A stretch of 10,030 bases of DNA, taken from contig JAOUFI010000086.1 of assembly GCA_029858305.1 (NCBI GenBank), positions 1-10,030 on the forward strand, read 5' to 3'. How positions within the stretch are numbered: the stretch's first letter is position 1; each line of letters begins with the position of its first letter. This document shows, in pieces, positions 1 through 7,283 of this stretch. The notes under the pieces are model-generated. The model ran no database searches. It had not been told where the DNA came from and saw only the letters and a program-made list of their open reading frames with translations. The translations under genes and the position numbers were made by a program. The stretch comes from Candidatus Thorarchaeota archaeon. GTDB lineage: Archaea; Asgardarchaeota; Thorarchaeia; Thorarchaeales; Thorarchaeaceae.

Positions 1-147
1 CAAACAATTCTCTTAAGCAAGATGTATATATCAGAAGCATACCCCAAAGATACTGTTGAGCCGGGAGAAAACCAATCGCAACTGATGGGTCGTATTTGTG
101 ATTTGAGGAGAGAAGAATCACAAACCCTGAGGATTCAGACTTGGTAA
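1..147 (+). CDS. Possible 3' end of an unidentified convergent gene (QTILLSKMY...QTLRIQTW*)
   Basis: Frame +1 is open from base 1 to TAA at 145-147 and ends just before the hairpin at 160-181. No recognisable motif; may be non-coding. Confidence 0.2.
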   Translation, partial: QTILLSKMYISEAYPKDTVEPGENQSQLMGRICDLRREESQTLRIQTW

Positions 148-159
148 AGGTTAACTCAC

Positions 160-181
160 GTGAGCGCTTTATAGCGCTCAC
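160..181. terminator. Perfect 9-bp-stem hairpin just downstream of the ABC ATPase stop; putative terminator or 3'-end stabiliser
   Basis: GTGAGCGCT-TTAT-AGCGCTCAC, 3 nt past the minus-strand stop at 185-187. No clear U-tract on either side. Confidence 0.45.
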
Positions 182-184
182 ACT

Positions 185-1270
185 CTATTCTTCAGATATC
201 TCGCCCCAACGATGGCATCGTATATGGTGGTCGGGTTCCACCTCTCTGTCCTCTGGGATTTTTTCTTTGCATAGATCTATAACATAGCGGCATCTCGGAT
301 GGAATGGACAGCCTGAAGGAATGTTTGCAAGGTCCGGCGGGTCGCCAGGTATACCGCGAAGTCTTGGTTTCTTTCCAGCTTTGATCTGCATCATGGCAAT
401 TGTTGGGAATGATGACATTAAGCCCATTGTATAGGGATGTTGAGGATTATGGAACATTTGAACAGCTGCTCCTGATTCGAGAATCTTCCCAGCATACATC
501 ACTGCAACTCTGTCTGCTAATTCTGCAATTACTCCTGCATCATGGCTGATTAAAAGTAGGGAAACATCGAACTCCTCCTTGATCATTCGAAGTACATTCA
601 GAATCTCTCTCTGCATGGTCACATCCAAGGCGGAGGTTGGTTCATCTGCTATCACCAAGTATGGCCCAGCAATTAGAGCCATAGCTATGAGGATACGCTG
701 ACTCTCACCTCCAGAAAAGCAACCTGGATCCAAAACAAATCGCAATCCTGCATCTGCAAGCTGAACAACACCTAGATACTCTAGAACTTTCTTCTTGAGT
801 TCAAGGAGACGGACCTCTTCTTCATGCACTTCGATAGGTTCAGCTGTCTGATGACCAATACTGTGTTGTGGATTAAGGGCATGTCCAAGACCCTGAGGAA
901 TAAGACTGATTTCCTTTCCTCGGATCTTAATGAGCTCCTCCTGTGGCATTTTCGTGAGTTCCTTCCCTCTGAAACTAACTTTTCCACTAAGACCTGGTTT
1001 GTCAACTTCCCCCTGAAGCCCTTTATCGAAAGCCTTTCGAAGTTCAGGATCGCTAGATGCGCCGGCGGCGAATCTTGCTACTCTCTCAAAGAGACCCATT
1101 ATGGAAAGTGCCATGCTGCTCTTTCCAGAACCACTCTCACCAAGTAAACCAACACACTCACCTTCTCGTATGATGAAAGATACATCATCTACTGCGCGAA
1201 TGAGCCCTTTTTTCGATGGATAATACGCTTTGAGGTTCTCAACAATGAGTAGAGGATCGCCCTTGGTCAT
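185..1270 (-). CDS. oppD: Dipeptide/oligopeptide ABC transporter ATP-binding protein (OppD/DppD family)
   Basis: Walker A GESGSGKS, signature FSGGESQR, Walker B/D-loop LVIADEPTSALD, H-loop ISHD, HPYTxGL motif and C-terminal Cys-rich GCPFHPRC..C..RCH domain. Start placed at MTKGD (ATG at 1270, GGTG upstream) rather than 1318, because family homology starts at LLIVENL. Confidence 0.92.
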   Translation of the reverse strand: MTKGDPLLIVENLKAYYPSKKGLIRAVDDVSFIIREGECVGLLGESGSGKSSMALSIMGLFERVARFAAGASSDPELRKAFDKGLQGEVDKPGLSGKVSFRGKELTKMPQEELIKIRGKEISLIPQGLGHALNPQHSIGHQTAEPIEVHEEEVRLLELKKKVLEYLGVVQLADAGLRFVLDPGCFSGGESQRILIAMALIAGPYLVIADEPTSALDVTMQREILNVLRMIKEEFDVSLLLISHDAGVIAELADRVAVMYAGKILESGAAVQMFHNPQHPYTMGLMSSFPTIAMMQIKAGKKPRLRGIPGDPPDLANIPSGCPFHPRCRYVIDLCKEKIPEDREVEPDHHIRCHRWGEISEE

Positions 1271-1828
1271 TCTTACACCAAGGCCCGCCATGAAAATGAC
1301 GCTAATAAACAGTTTCAAAGGAGCACGAAATATGGTCTATGACAGCTAAAATCAGAATGTTTCCGTTTCCAAATTAACTTATGACGATGAATCTATCAAA
1401 AAAAAACGCCTCTCTTTTGGAACATCTCGCAATGATACACCTTTTTTTTGGTCTAAAAGTCATCTAAGCACCAAAACAAACGTGGATACATTATTTAATA
1501 AATAACCATATTTTGGTTACAAAATAATCATCTTCATGATTTTCAAGTTGCACGAACGTTATCCTACATTTCAGATTGAAGTATGTATGAATTGAATCAT
1601 GGAAAGTTGTTTGGGTAACGTTAGCATACTCGGCAAGTATATTGTCCATAAAATTCTAGAAAATTACAAATCAGGTCCCGATTTGATGCACTTGAACGAG
1701 AAAAATTCGTACGCCAAATATGTGGAGTCGCTAAATACGGGAGACCATATTCTATCTTTCAAGTTGCAAAAGGACCATCTCTATAATTTGCTTAGCTTCT
1801 TTTCGTACCTGGTTATGGAGGTCGGCTT
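1271..1828. promoter_or_regulatory. Divergent AT-rich intergenic control region
   Basis: Lies between two divergent genes and is visibly more AT-rich than the coding DNA. Contains A9 (1398-1406), T8 (1442-1449), a TATA-like TTTAATA near 1494, short inverted repeats at 1491-1541 and SD-like GGAGGT at 1817-1822. Exact promoters not assignable. Confidence 0.6.
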
Positions 1829-4579
1829 ATGACTACTGAGAGACAACACAAATCAAAGGTCGGTGGAGGCACCACCGAGATCATGTCCAATGAAGCTCTG
1901 ATTGTCGGTGGCGGCGTTGCAGGTATGCAAGCTGCCATAGACATTGCCAATCAGGGCTTTAAAGTGACTCTTCTCGAGAAGTCTTCTTCCATCGGCGGAG
2001 TAATGGCCCAGATTGATAAGACATTCCCAACATTGGACTGTAGTGCTTGTATTCTAACTCCGCGGCTTAGCGAGGTTTCTCGCCATCCGAATATTGATCT
2101 TCTCACATATTCTGAAATCAAATCAGTGACAGGTGAAACTGGAGATTTCCGAGTCAGAGTTCATAGACATTCACGTTATGTTGATGAGAGCAAGTGCAGT
2201 GGTTGTGGAGATTGTATCCCAGTTTGTCCAGTTGAAGTACCAAATAGATTCGATGGCAATCTTGGATTCAGAAAAGCTATCTATACGCCTTTTCCGCAAG
2301 CAACCCCCAATGTTGTCACTGTTGATAAGAAAGGCGAGCCAGCATGTAGAGCTACATGCCCTGCAGAGGTGAATGCCCAAGGTTTCGTAACCATGATGCG
2401 TCATGGAAAATTCGATGAAGCCTTGGAGATAGTAAGAAGATCAACTCCCTTCCCCGGAGTTCTTGGAAGAGTATGCATTAGCTTTTGCGAGGCTGAGTGC
2501 GAACGGGGTATGCTGGACGAGAGTATAAGCATCAGAAATCTTCACAGATTCCTTGCTGACTATGAACGTGCTCATGAGGTCGCCCCTGTTGAGGCAAATA
2601 TCGATAAGAAAGAGCGTATTGCTGTTGTAGGTGCTGGTCCTGGAGGCATCAGCTGTGCGTATCAACTAGCTCGTATGGGCTATCCAGTAACAGTCTTTGA
2701 AAAACGTGAGAAGGCTGGTGGCATGTTGCGCTATTCCATTCCAGAATACAGATTGCCTCGCGAAATTCTTGATGAAGAGATTCAACGTGTTGTTGATATG
2801 GGTGTGAAGATTAAGACAGGTACAACTGTCAAGTCTCTTCACGATCTCCTTGAGAAAGGTTTCAAGGCAGTCTTCGTTGCCACAGGTGCTTGGGAAAGTA
2901 ACAGACTTGGTATTGCGGGCGAAGAAGTTGATGGAGTAGTTCATGCTATCAAATTCTTAGAGGATGTTAATAATGGAGAGAAAGTGACAGTTGGAGACCG
3001 TGTGGTTGTAGTCGGTGGTGGAGATGCTGCTATCGACTCAGCACGAGTTGCTCGAAGACTCGGTGCAAAGGAAGTCACTCTCGTCTATAGACGGTCCCAT
3101 GTTGAAATTCCTGCTATCCCTAGTGAGGTAGAGGATGCAAAAGCTGAAGGTGTCAAGTTTATGCTTCTTACAAATCCCGTTGAAATTCTCTCATCAAAAG
3201 GTCATATTACAGGCATTCGTTGTGTACGGATGAGACTTGGTGAACCAGATCACTCAGGACGACGCCGACCTGTCCCGATTCCAAACTCAGAGTTCACCAT
3301 GGCTGTTGATGAGATGATTATAGCAGTTGGCCAATCTACTGACCCGAGAGGTCTCCAGACTGAGCTTGAATGCACAGAATGGGGTACAGTTAAGGCAGAT
3401 CCAGTCACGCTTGCAACAAATGTACCAGGCATCTTCGTAGGAGGCGATGTATTCACCGGACCTAACACGGTTGTCAAGGCAGTTGGCCACGGTAAGCATG
3501 CCGCTACCTCGATAGACAGATACATACGCGGTCTTGATCTTATGGAGGGTCGAGCCAAGGATCGCCACCGAGTACAATCGTATGAAGTAGATAAAAGCAA
3601 TATACCCGTTGAGGCTCGTGCGTCAATGCCCAAACAAGGTCTCGAGAGCCGAAAACGTGACTTCTCTGAGGTGGAGCTTGGATTCAATGAAGCACGTGCT
3701 GCTGCAGAAGCAGAAAGATGTCTTGGTTGTGCAGTCTGTTGTGAGTGTGAGCGTTGTGTTGATGCCTGCACTCGAGATGCCATCGACCACCATATGCCTG
3801 ATGAAGTTGTGGACTTACATGTAGGTGCCATTGTGCTGGCAACTGGATACAAACTCTTTGATGTTGCTAAGTATCCCCAGTACGGATATGGCAAGATTCC
3901 AAATGTCATCACAGCTATGGAGTTCGAACGACTGATCAATGCAGCTGGACCAACACATGGACACCTTATTCGCTTAACAGATGGGAAAATTCCTAACAGC
4001 ATTGGATTCGTTCAATGTGTTGGTGCAAGAGATGTTCAGAAAGGTGTTCCATTCTGTTCCAGAGTCTGTTGTATGTATGGAATCAAAAATGCTGTGATGG
4101 CAAAAGAGCACCATCCAGATGCTGATGTGACTGTGTACTATGCTGATATCAGGGCGTTCGGAAAGGGATTTGAAGAATTCTATGAAATGGCTCGAACACG
4201 TTTCGGTGTCAACTTCGTACGTGGCCGTGTTGCTGAGGTCATGGAGGGCAAAAAGAAAAACAAGCTAATTGTTAGAGTTGAAGATACTGAAACTGGCGAC
4301 CTCCATGATGTTGCGCATGATCTTGTAATTATCAGTCCTGGAATTCAACCTCCTGAGGGTCTTGAGGACCTTGCTGTGGAGCTCAATATGGACCTCAGTG
4401 AAGAAGGTTATGTGCAAGTTCATGATGCAGTTTTAACACCTGTTGATACTGACGTACCCGGCGTGTTTGTTGCAGGATGTGCAGATGGACCCAAAGATAT
4501 CCCTGATTCTGTAAGTGCGGGAAGTGCTGCTGCGATGAGAGCCACTATAATCCTGTCGAAAGTGGATAGGGAGGAATAA
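1829..4579 (+). CDS. hdrA: HdrA-like flavoprotein #1: FAD domain plus inserted ferredoxin carrying a GltD/NfnB-like NAD(P)H oxidoreductase module (HdrL-like); lacks the HdrA N-terminal domain and C-terminal ferredoxin
   Basis: HdrA motifs VGGGVAG, IDKTFPTLDCSAC, CSGCGDCIPVCP, FPQATP, QCVG..CSRVCCMY, DIRAFGKGFEEFY, GPKDIPDS. Insert (~2330-3735) has CRATCP, GRVCISFCEAEC, VGAGPGG, GGMLRYSIPEYRLP, VGGGDAAID, VYRRS, EAERCLGC. SD GGAGGT 6 nt before the ATG; alternative start at 1883. Confidence 0.9.
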   Translation: MTTERQHKSKVGGGTTEIMSNEALIVGGGVAGMQAAIDIANQGFKVTLLEKSSSIGGVMAQIDKTFPTLDCSACILTPRLSEVSRHPNIDLLTYSEIKSVTGETGDFRVRVHRHSRYVDESKCSGCGDCIPVCPVEVPNRFDGNLGFRKAIYTPFPQATPNVVTVDKKGEPACRATCPAEVNAQGFVTMMRHGKFDEALEIVRRSTPFPGVLGRVCISFCEAECERGMLDESISIRNLHRFLADYERAHEVAPVEANIDKKERIAVVGAGPGGISCAYQLARMGYPVTVFEKREKAGGMLRYSIPEYRLPREILDEEIQRVVDMGVKIKTGTTVKSLHDLLEKGFKAVFVATGAWESNRLGIAGEEVDGVVHAIKFLEDVNNGEKVTVGDRVVVVGGGDAAIDSARVARRLGAKEVTLVYRRSHVEIPAIPSEVEDAKAEGVKFMLLTNPVEILSSKGHITGIRCVRMRLGEPDHSGRRRPVPIPNSEFTMAVDEMIIAVGQSTDPRGLQTELECTEWGTVKADPVTLATNVPGIFVGGDVFTGPNTVVKAVGHGKHAATSIDRYIRGLDLMEGRAKDRHRVQSYEVDKSNIPVEARASMPKQGLESRKRDFSEVELGFNEARAAAEAERCLGCAVCCECERCVDACTRDAIDHHMPDEVVDLHVGAIVLATGYKLFDVAKYPQYGYGKIPNVITAMEFERLINAAGPTHGHLIRLTDGKIPNSIGFVQCVGARDVQKGVPFCSRVCCMYGIKNAVMAKEHHPDADVTVYYADIRAFGKGFEEFYEMARTRFGVNFVRGRVAEVMEGKKKNKLIVRVEDTETGDLHDVAHDLVIISPGIQPPEGLEDLAVELNMDLSEEGYVQVHDAVLTPVDTDVPGVFVAGCADGPKDIPDSVSAGSAAAMRATIILSKVDREE
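4475..4538 (+). repeat. Direct repeat, copy 1 (63/64 nt identical to 7184-7247)
   Basis: GGATGTGCAGATGGACC[C/T]AAAGATATCCCTGATTCTGTAAGTGCGGGAAGTGCTGCTGCGATGA, aligned by eye; offset 2709. Confidence 0.95.
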
Positions 4580-4584
4580 TCACC

Positions 4585-5109
4585 ATGTCACACGATGAAG
4601 TCAAACAACAACCACCAATCAACCACGCTCCTAGCTCGAACTTTGCCAAAGAAGTTGAGCAGGAGTTTTATGGAGATGGGATAATGAAATGCATTCAATG
4701 TGGGATGTGTACAGCTTCGTGCATGGTCGCAAGCATGACTGAACGATATCGTCCTCGAATGCTTATCCAGAAAATCCTTCTAGGCAAACGTGAGGAAGTC
4801 CTGTCTAGTGAGCTACCGTGGCTCTGCATGACCTGCAGGCTTTGTGAAGAACGATGTCAAGAGGACGTCAACCTATCTGAGATCTTCCACGCGGTACGTG
4901 AGATTGCTGCACGTGAAGGCTATATTCCTCAAGTCTTTAGGAACACGATTAACAAGGTCCTAGAAGATGGTTGGTTGCTCAATGATGCCTATACTGATTT
5001 TGTTGAGGACGACAGATCCGACCTTGGATTAGATCCCAAACTTTCCTGGAACAATGATTTTGTGAAGAAGATCAAGAAACGTTACTTTGAGGGAGTCACC
5101 AAAAAATGA
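4585..5109 (+). CDS. hdrC: Heterodisulfide reductase subunit C (2x[4Fe-4S])
   Basis: CIQCGMCTASC and WLCMTCRLCEERC motifs, 174 aa, directly upstream of hdrB; SD GGGAGG at 4569-4574. Confidence 0.9.
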   Translation: MSHDEVKQQPPINHAPSSNFAKEVEQEFYGDGIMKCIQCGMCTASCMVASMTERYRPRMLIQKILLGKREEVLSSELPWLCMTCRLCEERCQEDVNLSEIFHAVREIAAREGYIPQVFRNTINKVLEDGWLLNDAYTDFVEDDRSDLGLDPKLSWNNDFVKKIKKRYFEGVTKK

Positions 5110-5972
5110 AAGAGTTTGTTCTCTACACAGGATGCACAACTCCTGTTCGATTACCAGCATATGAAGCAGCAGTCACAGTAGTTCTTGAGAAGCTTGGTGT
5201 TCGTCTGATTCCAATGAAGGACGTCAACTGCTGTGGTGCGCAATATATTGAGTCTTTAAGTCATACTGCCTTTGCAGCAATGAGTGGGAGAATCCTTGCC
5301 ATAGCTGAAAGCATGGACCGTGATATACTTGCAATCTGTGGCGCTTGTTCTGGTTCCCTCAAAGCTGTGAAGCACGACCTTGATAGTAATAAAGTGCTTC
5401 GTGCAGAGGTCAACGAGCTTCTGGCAGATGAAGGTCTAAAGTATACTGGTACTGTTGAAGTCAAGCATCTCCTCCAAATCTTCAATGAGGATATTGGTTA
5501 TGATGCAATCAAGGCCGCAATTGTAAAACCATACCATGGCGTACGTTTAGCGGCGCACTATGGGTGCCATGTTACACGACCTCCAGAGATTGTGCATGTT
5601 GATGATCCAGAGAATCCTGTCATTATCGATACCATCATCGAGGCTGCTGGTGCAACACCTGTTGATTATGTTGGAAAGACCCGTTGTTGCGGGGGTCCGA
5701 TGCTGGCAATGGATGAAGAGGTAGCAAACAAGATTGGTCTTGATAAGATTAAAAATATTCGAGATGAGAAGGCTGATGGAATCGTTACTGCCTGCGTGTT
5801 TTGCGATATACAATTGACACAGGTTCAGTTTGGAGACATGGCTGGAGATGAGCCAAAAATACCTGTTTTGACACTTCCGCAATTCCTGGGTCCGGCAATG
5901 GGCATTAATTTTGATTCACTAGGTATTCAACTCAATAAGATTGACCCACAGGCAATTTTACAGGAAATGTAG
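5106..5972 (+). CDS. hdrB: Heterodisulfide reductase subunit B (two CCG domains)
   Basis: YTGC..NCCG..CGAC and HYGCH..RCCGG..CVFC give both complete five-Cys CCG motifs; 288 aa; ATGA overlap with hdrC. Confidence 0.92.
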   Translation: MKEFVLYTGCTTPVRLPAYEAAVTVVLEKLGVRLIPMKDVNCCGAQYIESLSHTAFAAMSGRILAIAESMDRDILAICGACSGSLKAVKHDLDSNKVLRAEVNELLADEGLKYTGTVEVKHLLQIFNEDIGYDAIKAAIVKPYHGVRLAAHYGCHVTRPPEIVHVDDPENPVIIDTIIEAAGATPVDYVGKTRCCGGPMLAMDEEVANKIGLDKIKNIRDEKADGIVTACVFCDIQLTQVQFGDMAGDEPKIPVLTLPQFLGPAMGINFDSLGIQLNKIDPQAILQEM

Positions 5973-5983
5973 AGGAATAGACA

Positions 5984-7282
5984 ATGACCGAAAAGAAACA
6001 AGCAGCATTGATCGTCGGGGGTGGTGTTGCTGGTATGCAGGCCGCGCTCGATATTGCAAGCCAAGGATTCAAGGTCTATCTAGTTGAGAGAACTCCCTCG
6101 ATTGGTGGGAGAATGGCTCAGATTGACAAGACCTTTCCAACACTCGATTGTAGCGCATGTATCTTAACACCAAAACTTAGTGAGGTAGCACACCATAAGA
6201 ACATCACTCTACTCACTTATTCAGAGGTTGGCACAGTCACTGGGAAGTCTGGAGACTTTCGTGTTCGAGTTAGGCGAAAAGCACGCTTTGTGAAGGAGGA
6301 TCTCTGTGCTGGATGCGGCGACTGCGCAGCTGAGTGTCCAGTGGAGATTCCCAACGAGTTCGATATGAACTTAGGCTTTAGGAAAGCCATCTATGTCGGA
6401 TTTCCGCAGGCTACCCCCAATGTATACACTGTGGACAAGGAGAACTGCATAGATTGTGGAAGATGTCTAAAGGTTTGCCAGCGTAATGCTATCGATCTGG
6501 AAATGAAAGATAAGACAATGGATCTCCATGTAGGAGCCATTATCGTTGCAACTGGCTTTGAGCTTTTCGACGTAAGTCAATATCCACGTCTAGGATACGG
6601 ACATTATGCGAATGTAATACATGCAATGGAATTCGAACGGATCATTAACGCTGCGGGACCAACCCATGGACACCTCGTAAGATTAAGCGATGGCAAGAAG
6701 CCCCATAGTATAGGTTTTATCCAGTGCGTTGGGGCAAGAGATGTTCAGAAAGGTGTTCCTTACTGTAGTCGTGTATGTTGCATGTACTCGATTAAAAACG
6801 CCGTAATGGCACTCGAACATTATCCTGATGCTGAGGTGTGGGTTTATTACGCTGATATTAGAGCATTCGGGAAGGGCTTCGAGGAATTTTATGAGATGGC
6901 TAAGAAACGTTTTGGCGTGAAGTTTGTTAGAGGTCGTGTTGCTGAGGTGATGGAGGGTAAGAATACTGGAAACCTTGTTGTCAAGGTTGAGGATACTGAG
7001 AGTTCAAAGGTTCGCCTCATCGAACATGACATGGTAGTGATTAGCCCTGGTGTTATCCCTTCTGAGGGGATGCATACCATGGCCACAAAGATGGGAATTG
7101 AACAGACTGATGATGGTTATGTCCAGATTGACCACTCATTCTTTGGGCCTATTTTAACAAAAGTTCCGGGGGTGTTTGTTTGTGGATGTGCAGATGGACC
7201 TAAAGATATCCCTGATTCTGTAAGTGCGGGAAGTGCTGCTGCGATGAAAGCCACCATTATCCTCAGCAAAGGAGGAGTATAG
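5984..7282 (+). CDS. hdrA: HdrA-like flavoprotein #2: FAD domain plus inserted 2x[4Fe-4S] ferredoxin only
   Basis: VGGGVAG, IDKTFPTLDCSAC, CAGCGDCAAECP, CIDCGRCLKVC, CSRVCCMYSIK, GPKDIPDS. No N-terminal CHCG domain and no C-terminal ferredoxin. Colinear paralogue of #1. Confidence 0.92.
   Translation: MTEKKQAALIVGGGVAGMQAALDIASQGFKVYLVERTPSIGGRMAQIDKTFPTLDCSACILTPKLSEVAHHKNITLLTYSEVGTVTGKSGDFRVRVRRKARFVKEDLCAGCGDCAAECPVEIPNEFDMNLGFRKAIYVGFPQATPNVYTVDKENCIDCGRCLKVCQRNAIDLEMKDKTMDLHVGAIIVATGFELFDVSQYPRLGYGHYANVIHAMEFERIINAAGPTHGHLVRLSDGKKPHSIGFIQCVGARDVQKGVPYCSRVCCMYSIKNAVMALEHYPDAEVWVYYADIRAFGKGFEEFYEMAKKRFGVKFVRGRVAEVMEGKNTGNLVVKVEDTESSKVRLIEHDMVVISPGVIPSEGMHTMATKMGIEQTDDGYVQIDHSFFGPILTKVPGVFVCGCADGPKDIPDSVSAGSAAAMKATIILSKGGV
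7184..7247 (+). repeat. Direct repeat, copy 2 (63/64 nt identical to 4475-4538)
   Basis: Same alignment; single synonymous mismatch at 4492/7201. Confidence 0.95.
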
Positions 7283-7283
7283 A

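Noticed and set aside
1398-1449. A9 and T8 tracts as a hairpin, phase-variation site or terminators
   Set aside because: Common in AT-rich intergenic DNA; no supporting evidence.
1758-1787. Sigma70-like promoter (TATAAT at 1782-1787)
   Set aside because: TTGCAA is only 12 nt upstream and TTCAAG at 18 nt is a weak match; the host may be archaeal.
1599-1832. 77-aa ORF overlapping the hdrA #1 start
   Set aside because: AT-rich, no SD, no recognisable motif; most likely chance in the promoter region, although its ATGA overlap means it cannot be fully excluded.
3250-4002. 250-aa minus-strand ORF, and the other antisense or alternate-frame ORFs (e.g. 7154-7753, 7956-8498, 824-1147)
   Set aside because: They are shadows of well-supported genes, Ser/Thr/Arg-rich and without motifs.
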